This document shows positions 8,083-17,031 of a DNA stretch of 64,000 bases, in pieces. How positions within the stretch are numbered: position 1 is the first letter of the stretch; the number at the start of each line of letters is the position of its first letter. The notes under the pieces are model-generated. The model made no database searches, was not told the DNA's origin, and was given only the letters and a program-made list of their open reading frames with translations. The stretch is taken from assembly GCA_002311345.1 (NCBI GenBank), contig DCAA01000006.1:14532-78531 (forward strand), read 5' to 3'. This stretch comes from Planctomycetes bacterium UBA1146. Lineage in GTDB: Bacteria > Planctomycetota > UBA8108 > UBA1146. The position numbers and the translations under genes were made by a program.

Positions 8083-9515
8083 CTGAGCAGGATCGGCCCT
8101 TCTAACGGAAGTTCGACATCCACCAGATATCGTTTCAGTTCCGCGGCGTTGCCGGCGACCAGTGGAGAGATTTCCACCACTCGATCGGGGATTCCATCTT
8201 CGTTGAGAGTCAGTTCGACCCCTGCTTCGATGAGCCATCGAGACCACAGCTTTTGCAACGCGGCCCGGGAAGTGTCAGGTGAATCGACTCCGGTGCCGTT
8301 CTTGACCGGAGCGAATTCCAGTTCCCGGTCAGCCTCCACCACCAGTGACCGTTCGCACAGCGGCAGAACGTCGAAGATGAAGGTCTCGAAGCGAACAGAG
8401 TTGGGTTTTTCCGACTGTTGCCATCTCCCATCGCACCAGTGACGAACCGATTTTCGGGCCTGATGGAAGGGCAACTGCAGTGCAGTTTTCTGCTCGGCAG
8501 GAGCGATGAAATCGAGATCGATGACATGGGTCGCGATGTTGCCGGCTCGAAATGACAGTTCTCCGCCCTCGTCGCGCGCATTTCGGTCCGACTCAGCCAG
8601 TTCGCTGTATTCGATAACACGCATTCGATCACCGACCTGGCAGAAAACACCTACCTTTTCCTCGGGATCGGTCTTTGCGACTGCCTTCGAGGTGAACTGG
8701 GAAGAATTGGCCAGATGCAGTCCGACCAGTTCCGGATCGGCGATCCAGGCCAGCGGATTGTCGACCTGATGGGTATAGATGTGGCGGATTCCCTTTTCGC
8801 GCAACCGCGTCGATTCCCGCTGTAGCAATCGAATCGCTCCCCCGTGGCCATCGGGACCAAACAGGATACGACCTGGTTCACTGCGCAAGATCTTGCCTCG
8901 GTGTGGATCGAGTACCGGCAACTGGTGCTGAGAGAGGATCGAGACTTCCGAGGGGGGAAGCCCGTGGAAGGAGTTGTGCCGGAAGTATTCCACCGTCTCC
9001 TCATGGTTCGAGGGGCTGGTCATGATCAACCAGTGGATGTTCTTGCCCAGTTGTTTTTGCAATCGACGAATCGATTCGGCGAACATCTGGAACAGGGTCG
9101 TTCCACTGATGGGCAATAACGGATACGCACCTTTTGGTCCTGGATGGCCGAGTCGGGTTCCCACTCCTCCGGCCACCATCAGCACCGCGACTTCCCCACG
9201 CCCGAGCGCCTCGAGCCCCTGTTGCTGGACGCCTGATCGAATCGGATCCCCCAACGTGATCCAGCGGGGAGGATCAGGGGCAGCAATTGGAGCCTGTGCT
9301 GCATCGGAATCGAGATGATCGTGAATCAATTGCTGGAGGAAGCCGAGGTCTATCCGGTGTAAATCTGCCAGCAAGGTGCGCCGCTGAGACGATTCGAGTT
9401 GTTCCCAATCGGCGAACAGGTGCTGCTGGTCCGCTTCGTAAAATTTGGCAACCACGGCCTGGTCAGCGGGATCTTCGACTCGGATCATGTGGATCCAGAC
9501 CTCCGGGATCTTCAT
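8079..9515 (-). CDS. UDPGP-family (eukaryote-type AGX1/UAP1-like) UTP--sugar-1-phosphate uridylyltransferase, probably UDP-GlcNAc pyrophosphorylase
   Basis: Motifs AGGVGTRLGHPGPKG, PDGHGG, QVDNPL, EKVGVF, IEYSEL, AGNIATH, FETFIFD, EFAPVKN. Confidence 0.9.
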   Translation of the reverse strand: MKIPEVWIHMIRVEDPADQAVVAKFYEADQQHLFADWEQLESSQRRTLLADLHRIDLGFLQQLIHDHLDSDAAQAPIAAPDPPRWITLGDPIRSGVQQQGLEALGRGEVAVLMVAGGVGTRLGHPGPKGAYPLLPISGTTLFQMFAESIRRLQKQLGKNIHWLIMTSPSNHEETVEYFRHNSFHGLPPSEVSILSQHQLPVLDPHRGKILRSEPGRILFGPDGHGGAIRLLQRESTRLREKGIRHIYTHQVDNPLAWIADPELVGLHLANSSQFTSKAVAKTDPEEKVGVFCQVGDRMRVIEYSELAESDRNARDEGGELSFRAGNIATHVIDLDFIAPAEQKTALQLPFHQARKSVRHWCDGRWQQSEKPNSVRFETFIFDVLPLCERSLVVEADRELEFAPVKNGTGVDSPDTSRAALQKLWSRWLIEAGVELTLNEDGIPDRVVEISPLVAGNAAELKRYLVDVELPLEGPILLR

Positions 9516-9722
9516 CTCCTGCTCCGCATGCTGGAGCCAGCCCCCGGACCCACGGTCCGGTGGCCTGTGATGGTACGCATCCGATCTGTATGAAGCCAGA
9601 TAGCCGCTGAAGTCGAGCCGAAATGATCAGATTCTCGCCGCGGGGCAGAGACGTCACCTTGTCGCTGGGCTCCGATTCGGTTCCACTTCTGTCGGTGTGT
9701 GGCGAGATCAGGAGGGAGCCCG

Positions 9723-10664
9723 ATGGAACAGCAAGGGACCGGCGATCTGGACCGTTTCTGGCTGCGCGATGACGTCCAGCAGCAGCTTTGCGACTGGATC
9801 GATGCCGCTCTCGAGGAGGATCGAACCGATGAGGATCGGACCTCGTTGCTGTTTTCGAGCGCCCCCGACCAACTTTGCCGTGGAGTTGTCTCCACAAGAG
9901 AAGAAGGCATCGTCTGTGGAACCGCTGCGATGAGCGCGGTTTTCAAACGTCTTGCCGCTGATTGTCGAACCGCATGTCGGGTTTTGGACGGGACCCGTGT
10001 CGAATCAGGCACCGAGATCATGACGGTCGAGGGGTCTGCTGTAGTTCTGCTGGCAGGCGAGCGGATCGCCCTGAACATCGGATCTCATCTTTGTGGAATC
10101 GCGACGCGCACCGCACGATTGGTCGAGTGTGCGCCGACCGCCACCATCCTCGATACCCGTAAGAACATCCCGGGGCTTCGCATCTTTCAGAAACAGGCGG
10201 TGCGTGCCGGAGGCGGGGTCAGTCATCGAGCCGATCTGGCCGAGTTCCCGCTGGTCAAGGAGAATCACAGGGATTTGATCCAGAGTCTTCATCCAGAACT
10301 GGTCGGCGATAGGCAAGCAGAGTTGACCTTCATCCGCGACACCCTTCGTAGCGGGGGAGTGAAGGGACCGATCGCCATCGAAGTCGAGGATGAGGAGAGT
10401 TTTCGCTGTTGTCTTGGGCTCGAAATCGAGATCATCCTGGTCGACAACATCTCACCCGAGATTCTCGAGCAGTGGATCGCCCGTGCCAGGAGCGACGATC
10501 TACCGCTGCGAAATGACCAGATCGAAGCCAGTGGTGGCATCGATGAGACCTCCGCAGCCGCCTACGCCGCTGCGGGAGCCGGGCGAATCTCCAGCGGAGC
10601 CATCACCCATTCGGCACCGGTTCTCGATCTCACCATGTCGATATCCGGGGGAGGGATCGAGTGA
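9723..10664 (+). CDS. nadC: Nicotinate-nucleotide diphosphorylase (carboxylating), quinolinate phosphoribosyltransferase
   Basis: GERIALN, GIATRT, DTRKNIPGLR, AVRAGGGVSHR, IEVE, ILVDN, EASGGI, SSGAITHSAPVLD. ATG 9723 follows GGAGGGAG. Confidence 0.93.
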   Translation: MEQQGTGDLDRFWLRDDVQQQLCDWIDAALEEDRTDEDRTSLLFSSAPDQLCRGVVSTREEGIVCGTAAMSAVFKRLAADCRTACRVLDGTRVESGTEIMTVEGSAVVLLAGERIALNIGSHLCGIATRTARLVECAPTATILDTRKNIPGLRIFQKQAVRAGGGVSHRADLAEFPLVKENHRDLIQSLHPELVGDRQAELTFIRDTLRSGGVKGPIAIEVEDEESFRCCLGLEIEIILVDNISPEILEQWIARARSDDLPLRNDQIEASGGIDETSAAAYAAAGAGRISSGAITHSAPVLDLTMSISGGGIE

Positions 10665-11254
10665 ACGAGCAGCAGTCCAGACTGGACGATTCGAGCCGAC
10701 AAGAAAATTTACCACCCGGTGACCCTGCAGTGAGGAATCCCTCGATGTGGCGCCGCATCCTGCAACTCGAGGGCAGTTCTCACTCCATCGCCCTCGGGAC
10801 CGCGATCGGTCTATTCGTGGCGATGACCCCTACCGTGGGGCTGCAGATGATCATCATCCTCATCATCAGTCTGGTGATCCCTGCCAACCGGCTGGCCGGT
10901 TTCATCATGGTTTACGTGTCGAATCCGCTGACGATGATACCGATCTACTGGCTCGACTACTGGGTCGGGTTGAAGTGTCTCGCCCAGGAGGGGCTGACTC
11001 GCAGTAATTTCGAGCAGCGCTGGCTCGAGGCCCAGGGCAAGGCAAGCGAAGTTGGATGGTACGAGGGGACCCTGGAGTTATTGCGTTCCATCGGGAATGA
11101 TGTTCTGGGGCCGCTGTTTCTGGGAGGAGCCATCGTGGGGTTGCTCTGTGCTCTACCTGCGTATCCGGTGACGCTACGATTGGTGCAGCAGTACCGTGAT
11201 CACAGGAAACAGGGAATCCCATCGGGGTCTGCTGACGAGGAGTCGAGCCAATGA
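10661..11254 (+). CDS. DUF2062 family membrane protein
   Basis: SSHSIALGTAIGLFVAMTPTVGLQ...SNPLTMIPIYWLDYWVG...PLFLGGAIVG. GTGA overlap with nadC. Confidence 0.8.
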   Translation: MNEQQSRLDDSSRQENLPPGDPAVRNPSMWRRILQLEGSSHSIALGTAIGLFVAMTPTVGLQMIIILIISLVIPANRLAGFIMVYVSNPLTMIPIYWLDYWVGLKCLAQEGLTRSNFEQRWLEAQGKASEVGWYEGTLELLRSIGNDVLGPLFLGGAIVGLLCALPAYPVTLRLVQQYRDHRKQGIPSGSADEESSQ

Positions 11255-11775
11255 ACACCACAGAGCCACTATTCAGATCTGCGCCCATCTCGCTGGCATT
11301 GCTGCCTCTGTTGTTACTGTTTGTGGTCACCGTTGGTCCCGGGTGTAACGGGCCAAAGCCATCACCCCACACGCTGCGACCAGGGATGCATGAGGTGGTG
11401 ATCTCGGGAAACAAGCTCTGGACTTACATCGCTGCTGATACTGCCAGTCGCCAGAGAGGTCTGATGCACCGCAGTTCCCTGCCCGAGGATGTAGGTATGT
11501 TGTTCATCTTTCCTGAGCCCAAGGTGCAGGGCTTCTGGATGAAGAACTGCGTCATCGATCTCGACATCGCATACATCGATGACGAGGGATTCATCATCGA
11601 CATCCTCCAGATGAAAGCACCGACCCCCGGGCAGGTGATCCTGCCTCGCTACCGTTCTTCGAAACCGGTTCGGTATGCCCTGGAGGCCAATGTGGGGTGG
11701 TTTTCTGCTCATGGTATCGAGCCAGGGACGAAGGTGTCTGGCTACAAGGGTCGACCTGGCTTACAGGTGCGATAG
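11251..11775 (+). CDS. DUF192 (UPF0127) family exported protein, possible lipoprotein
   Basis: IAADTASRQRGLMHRSSLPEDVGMLFIF...FWMKNCVIDLDIAYID...YALEANVGW. Hydrophobic N-terminus ending in GPGC. Confidence 0.88.
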   Translation: MNTTEPLFRSAPISLALLPLLLLFVVTVGPGCNGPKPSPHTLRPGMHEVVISGNKLWTYIAADTASRQRGLMHRSSLPEDVGMLFIFPEPKVQGFWMKNCVIDLDIAYIDDEGFIIDILQMKAPTPGQVILPRYRSSKPVRYALEANVGWFSAHGIEPGTKVSGYKGRPGLQVR

Positions 11776-12195
11776 ATGGGATCTTGGACCGGGACCATCA
11801 CCTTGGTCGAGTCGTACGGTCATCTGCTGGCATGGGGTCTATTGCTGGTATGGGCGTCTCTGACCACAGGTATTCGAGTGGCTTCACAGCCGACTCCCAT
11901 CATGTTGGGAGCAGATCTACCATCGGCGGCTATCACCGAGCAGGTAGACCTGTGCAGGGATCCTGTCGGTCGTCTGGTTCTCATCACGGGAATCGGAGAA
12001 GTCACCGCAGGTCGAATTGTTGCCGGTAGGCGAGGTGACGAGGGTTTTTCGTGCCTCTGTCAGATTCTGCGATTACCGGGAGTTCCCGATGGACCACTGC
12101 TGGAGGCGGGCCCGTGGCTGAAACCGCGGCCTTGCTTGCCCGGATCGTGTCGCTCCCGGTTGCCGGATGGGACGTCGGTTCGACGGAAGAGATGA
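11776..12195 (+). CDS. Membrane-anchored ComEA-like helix-hairpin-helix DNA-binding protein
   Basis: N-terminal hydrophobic segment. VDLCRDPVGRLVLITGIGEVTAGRIVAGRR...FSCLCQILRLPGV matches the tandem HhH pattern. ATG abuts the upstream TAG. Confidence 0.65.
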   Translation: MGSWTGTITLVESYGHLLAWGLLLVWASLTTGIRVASQPTPIMLGADLPSAAITEQVDLCRDPVGRLVLITGIGEVTAGRIVAGRRGDEGFSCLCQILRLPGVPDGPLLEAGPWLKPRPCLPGSCRSRLPDGTSVRRKR

Positions 12196-14242
12196 GGAAC
12201 CATTGAAGTCCTTTCGCTTTCCAGGTTCATCCTTCGAGGTTCGTTCCGAGTTCGAACCCAGTGGTGATCAACCCCAGGCCATCGAGCGCATCGTTACAGG
12301 CTTGAGGCAGGAAAAAGAGGATCAGGTTCTGCTCGGCGTGACCGGCTCCGGAAAGACCTACATAATGGCCCAGGCCATCGCCAGTTACGGAAAACCAGCC
12401 ATCGTCATCTCACATAACAAGACGCTGGCAGCTCAACTTTACTCGGAGTTGAAACGGTTCTTGCCCGAGAATGCAGTCGAGTACTTCGTCTCGTACTACG
12501 ATTATTACCAGCCAGAGGCTTATCTTCCCGCGCGCGATATGTACATAGAAAAGGATGCCGGTGTCAACGCCGACCTCGATCGGCTCAGGTTGGCGACGAC
12601 GGCGAGCCTGCTCACCCGAGAAGATGTGGTGATTGTAGCGTCGGTCTCCTGCATCTACGGCCTCGGTTCCCCGGAAGCCTTCAAGGGAAAGATGATCACC
12701 CTTGTCGAGGGTGAACAGATTGATCGGGATGAATTGCTCAAGAAACTGGTCGACATCCAGTACGAGAGGAACGACTTCGAGCCGACTCGTGGTTCTTTTC
12801 GAGCCCGCGGAGATGTGGTCGAGATTCATTCAGCGGACGAAGAGGTGGCTTACCGCATCGATCTGTTCGGAGATAACATCGAGAGGATCGAACAGTTTCA
12901 TCCGGTCAGTGGGGTGGTGATCCGACAACACGACCAGCTCACCGTTTTTCCTGCGAAGCATTATCTGGTCAGTCGTCAGGACATCGATCAGGCAGTCGCC
13001 GGCATCCAGACCGAACTCCACCAGCGACTGGCAGAGTTGAGAGGCCAGGGCAAGGAACTTGAGGCGCACAGGCTCCAGTCGCGCACTCGCTACGATCTGG
13101 AATTGCTATCGGAGGTGGGATATTGCCCCGGGATCGAAAATTATTCGCGCCACCTCAGCGGGCTGGCAGCCGGTCAGAGGCCGCCGAATTTGCTCGATTA
13201 CTTTCCCGATGGATTTCTCACCATCGTCGATGAATCGCACGTCACGCTGCCACAATTGGGGGGGATGTATGAGGGGGATCGATCCCGCAAGCAAACCCTG
13301 ATCGATTACGGATTCCGCTTGCCGAGTGCTCTCGACAATCGACCGATGAGATTTGCCGAATGGGAGCAGGTGACAGGCAAGACCCTGTTCGTCAGTGCGA
13401 CTCCGGGTGCCAAGGAACTGGAGAAGACCGGTGGAGAGGTGATCGAGGTGATCAACCGTCCTACAGGCTTGCTCGATCCTCTCGTGGAGGTACGGCCAGC
13501 CACTGGCCAGGTGCAGGATTTACTCGACAGGATTCGCGAGACGTTGGCGCTGGGGGATCGAGTGCTGGTCACCACATTGACCAAGAGGATGGCCGAAGAT
13601 CTGAGCGATTTCTTCCAGGAGACCGATATCCGTGCTCGATACCTGCATTCAGAGATCGATACCCTGGAGCGGGTGGAAATCATCCAGGAGTTACGTAAGG
13701 GGGTATATGATGTGCTTGTCGGAGTAAACCTGCTGCGAGAGGGCCTCGATCTTCCCGAGGTCTCCCTGGTTGCGGTGATGGATGCTGACAAGGAAGGGTT
13801 TCTTCGCAGCGATACAGCGCTGATCCAGACGATGGGTCGTGCAGCGAGAAATGAACGAGCACGGGTAATCCTGTATGGAGATGTGATCACCGGATCGATG
13901 GAACGGGCTATCGAAGAGACCAGTCGTCGCCGCGAGATCCAGCAGGACTTCAACAAGGAGCACGGAATCGTTCCCCGGAGTATCCCGCGGGTGGTGGGGA
14001 CCACCGTCGAGGAAGAGGTGCGCGCCAGGGTCGAGGAGATCGAGCAAGGAGCCACGGAGGTTCAGACCGTCGATCGAGAGAAACTCGCAATTTCTCTCGA
14101 GGAGGAGATGCTCGAGGCAGCCCAGGCGCTCGAATTCGAGAGAGCGGCGCTGTTGCGTGATCGAATCGCAAGATTACGAGGCGAGGACCCGGACCCGGAT
14201 ACTCCATCGACTCCACCGAGGAGGCGAAGAAGGAGGCACTAA
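12167..14242 (+). CDS. uvrB: Excinuclease ABC subunit B
   Basis: PSGDQPQAI, GVTGSGKT, HNKTLAAQL, YFVSYYDYYQPEAY, DESH, GFRLPSALDNRP, NLLREGLDLPEV, C-terminal UVR domain (LEFERAALLRDRI). Exact start uncertain. Confidence 0.98.
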   Translation: MGRRFDGRDEEPLKSFRFPGSSFEVRSEFEPSGDQPQAIERIVTGLRQEKEDQVLLGVTGSGKTYIMAQAIASYGKPAIVISHNKTLAAQLYSELKRFLPENAVEYFVSYYDYYQPEAYLPARDMYIEKDAGVNADLDRLRLATTASLLTREDVVIVASVSCIYGLGSPEAFKGKMITLVEGEQIDRDELLKKLVDIQYERNDFEPTRGSFRARGDVVEIHSADEEVAYRIDLFGDNIERIEQFHPVSGVVIRQHDQLTVFPAKHYLVSRQDIDQAVAGIQTELHQRLAELRGQGKELEAHRLQSRTRYDLELLSEVGYCPGIENYSRHLSGLAAGQRPPNLLDYFPDGFLTIVDESHVTLPQLGGMYEGDRSRKQTLIDYGFRLPSALDNRPMRFAEWEQVTGKTLFVSATPGAKELEKTGGEVIEVINRPTGLLDPLVEVRPATGQVQDLLDRIRETLALGDRVLVTTLTKRMAEDLSDFFQETDIRARYLHSEIDTLERVEIIQELRKGVYDVLVGVNLLREGLDLPEVSLVAVMDADKEGFLRSDTALIQTMGRAARNERARVILYGDVITGSMERAIEETSRRREIQQDFNKEHGIVPRSIPRVVGTTVEEEVRARVEEIEQGATEVQTVDREKLAISLEEEMLEAAQALEFERAALLRDRIARLRGEDPDPDTPSTPPRRRRRRH

Positions 14243-16891
14243 ATGGGAGCGACTGGTGACCAAGCTCCTGAAATTCCCGGCTTTCAGCCCCTGCACATCC
14301 GCGGAGCCGGGCGGCTGGGGATCTGGATCGAGGCGCGCCAGGTGCGTCTCGATCGGCGCGTATTGCTGAAGGTGCTTCCGGCGGCAGAGCAAAGCCTTCA
14401 GCAGGAGTTCGTGCGGGAGGTACAGGCGCTGGTTCGACTCGATGGCGAGGGTGCCCTTCGAGTCATCGATGAGGGCGCGGTCGGTGCAGCCCGTTATGTT
14501 GCCCTCGATGAGGGTGAGGCACTGCCCCTGAAAGGTCCTCTTCAGGATCCGCGGGACAAACTCCAACTCGGTTGCTCGATGCTCGATTTGTATCAACAAC
14601 TGCATGCCCTCGAAATCGTTGCCGGCCCCATTCCCGCCAGTGCGCTGAGAAGGCTTCCATCGGGCGGATTCGTGGTTGCGGAAATGGGAGCGGTCGAGGA
14701 GCAAGGCTCCGAGCAAGAAATCCGTAATCGCGCCGCCATCACCATCGAACAAATGGCGGCAATATTCAGGTTGGGAGCGCCCTGGCCCGAGGTCGCGCGA
14801 GTTATTCGCAATGAGGTCGACGGATTCCGCAAGGCCCGTGGGGTCATCGATCGCCATCAACTCGCGCCGACACGAGTTCGTTCGAGAATCGCCTTGCTGG
14901 TCGGGGTTGTTCTGATCGTTGCTGTCGGTTTTCTCGGGCCTCGCTGGTGGCGAGAGGTCAAACGGGACCCTGTTGATGAGGGGTTGCCACCGGTGACTGT
15001 TTCCTCGTCGGTAGATGAAGAAGGTGATCCGAAATCAGGGGATTCGGCTGATGAAGGTGATCCAGGTGCTGCCCCGGATCAATCTGCGACCGGAGATTCT
15101 CGACAAAGTGATGAAATTGCAAGAACACGAATCGAGCAACAGGATCTTTTGCAGCGGCAATTCTCCACCTGGGAAGTGTGGTGGCCGCGTCGTGATCAGA
15201 TCCTGAATCTTCTGGAAGCCGGAGAACTTGCCGCCGGCCGTCGCCTGCTGGCAAGTCTTCCCCCCGTGATCGAGGATAGTGATGCATACGGATCGATGAC
15301 CGCGGAAAAGGAATCGCTGTTGCAGGCCTGGCTGTGGATCGAGCAGCGTGCCGTGGCCCGGGCGAGAGCCCGAATCGATGCTTCCGTCTCCGTCGACGCT
15401 TATGAAGTTGCAGCGGATGCACTGGCTGAACTGGCGAGAGATCTTGGACTCGAGCAGCGCTATTCGCCCGAAATCGAGCGTCTGAAGAGGCGCGGCCAGT
15501 TGTTTCGCACCACACTGGCGACGATGGAACGGCGGATGGAGCAGGTGTTGCTAGAACTCCCGTCATTCGGGGTGACTTCGTGGCCACTTCCGCAAGGAGT
15601 GAGCTCCTTCGAAGGACTGCATCGGCGGTGGAACTCCTTCGAGCGCGACTGTCAATTCGCACAGCAAGACGTCCAATCCATCCTCGATGCAGCGAAGGCC
15701 CGCCTCGAAGCGGACGAGTTGTTTTTCTGGAGTGTCAAAGACGGAGGACCTCTGATTGCAAGGTCGTTCGAGGCGCGGGTCACTGCGGTCGATGAAAACA
15801 CCATCTCCTTGCGCAGGGTGGGGCGCCGAAATCCGGAGGTTCATCCCTGGAATACTGTTCACGGGAGCACCCTCGAGCAAATGGCCATCGAGGCAGGCAG
15901 AGAAGTTACCGATAGTTTTCGCTTTCGCGCCCGGGTTCGCACCGTCTGGGGTGGCAGTGAGTCGATTCTAGAGATCGCCCGCGATCCCAGGAGCGCCGAG
16001 GAGGTGCTCGGGACCGCCGGGCGCCTCTGTTGGCAACGAGTCGAGCAATGGCTTGCCGATGGTGAACTGGCCGAACAGCAAGGAGACGTGCAGCGCCAGA
16101 GGTCGCGAGCCGTCGAAATTGCCCGCTGGGTGGAAAAAGATCAGCGTCCGCAGGTCGAGAAGAGACTTCTGAGGTGGTGGGCGGCATTGGCAGACAGGGA
16201 TGGTCCCGCGGCTCTTGGTCTCTTTCGCGAGGCGGGCCTCAGCGAGTGGGATCCGACCACCCGATCTCTACAGATCCGGTCGCTTGCCGATGAACGAGGT
16301 CTACCGGGTTGGAAACCCACGGACGGATCTTCGATCTCGAGCAGAGGTGAACTGGCCTGGGTTCAGGGACGTGTCCATCTCGATTCCCCCGTACGGTTTT
16401 CAACCAGCCTCGAGGTTCGGGTTATCGGGTTGGTGACGCGCGAAGATGCTCCCAATTTCAATATGGTGCTGTGGGACGGGAGTTCGGATTCGTTGCTGTT
16501 CGGGGTCGGAATCCGTCCCCCCCAGGTCTCCTCGATTCGTGTCGGCGAGGTGGATGTCCTACTTCCGGCCCACATGATCATCGAGGAGAAACTGCTCGCC
16601 GAAGGGGGCGGGGAAATCCCGATGCCCGCTCCCCGACCACGGGTTGTCCCCGGGAAACCGTCGCGGTTGATGGTTCGTGAGGATGGAGAGGGAGCTTCTC
16701 TGGAGGTCGATGGAACGATGGTCATCGAAGCTGATCCGCGTCCTGTGGCTCTGCTGGGAGGAGTCGCGATCGAGACCTTCGGGGTTCCCGTGGTGATCCG
16801 GGAAGTGGTTATCGTGGGCAGAATCGCCCGTGATGACTGGTTCGAATTGCTCCAAAAAAGTGCCAGATCGGCGCTGTGGAACGATAGATAG
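14243..16891 (+). CDS. Membrane protein with N-terminal degenerate Ser/Thr kinase (pseudokinase) domain, single TM helix and large extracytoplasmic region, 882 aa
   Basis: Kinase N-lobe pattern IPGFQPLHIRGAGRLG...ARQVRLDRRVLLKVL...FVREVQALVRL; HRD and DFG absent. TM IALLVGVVLIVAVGFLG, acidic linker, helical region, beta-rich C-terminus. Confidence 0.7.
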   Translation: MGATGDQAPEIPGFQPLHIRGAGRLGIWIEARQVRLDRRVLLKVLPAAEQSLQQEFVREVQALVRLDGEGALRVIDEGAVGAARYVALDEGEALPLKGPLQDPRDKLQLGCSMLDLYQQLHALEIVAGPIPASALRRLPSGGFVVAEMGAVEEQGSEQEIRNRAAITIEQMAAIFRLGAPWPEVARVIRNEVDGFRKARGVIDRHQLAPTRVRSRIALLVGVVLIVAVGFLGPRWWREVKRDPVDEGLPPVTVSSSVDEEGDPKSGDSADEGDPGAAPDQSATGDSRQSDEIARTRIEQQDLLQRQFSTWEVWWPRRDQILNLLEAGELAAGRRLLASLPPVIEDSDAYGSMTAEKESLLQAWLWIEQRAVARARARIDASVSVDAYEVAADALAELARDLGLEQRYSPEIERLKRRGQLFRTTLATMERRMEQVLLELPSFGVTSWPLPQGVSSFEGLHRRWNSFERDCQFAQQDVQSILDAAKARLEADELFFWSVKDGGPLIARSFEARVTAVDENTISLRRVGRRNPEVHPWNTVHGSTLEQMAIEAGREVTDSFRFRARVRTVWGGSESILEIARDPRSAEEVLGTAGRLCWQRVEQWLADGELAEQQGDVQRQRSRAVEIARWVEKDQRPQVEKRLLRWWAALADRDGPAALGLFREAGLSEWDPTTRSLQIRSLADERGLPGWKPTDGSSISSRGELAWVQGRVHLDSPVRFSTSLEVRVIGLVTREDAPNFNMVLWDGSSDSLLFGVGIRPPQVSSIRVGEVDVLLPAHMIIEEKLLAEGGGEIPMPAPRPRVVPGKPSRLMVREDGEGASLEVDGTMVIEADPRPVALLGGVAIETFGVPVVIREVVIVGRIARDDWFELLQKSARSALWNDR

Positions 16892-16906
16892 GGCTACGGG
16901 CTCACC

Positions 16907-16935
16907 TTGCCCCAATTGCTCGCTCCGCCTAGACT
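16907..16935 (+). promoter_or_regulatory. Putative sigma70 promoter of the peptidase pair
   Basis: TTGCCC, 17-nt spacer, TAGACT. AGGAG RBS precedes ATG 17032. Confidence 0.45.
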
Positions 16936-17031
16936 CGTGGTCACCGCCAGTACTTCGCATCCGTGGCGTCATTCGGGGTCTGTCGAGGGCGGGAGTTCGT
17001 CATCTGGATTGACAGTCGTTAGGAGAATTCG

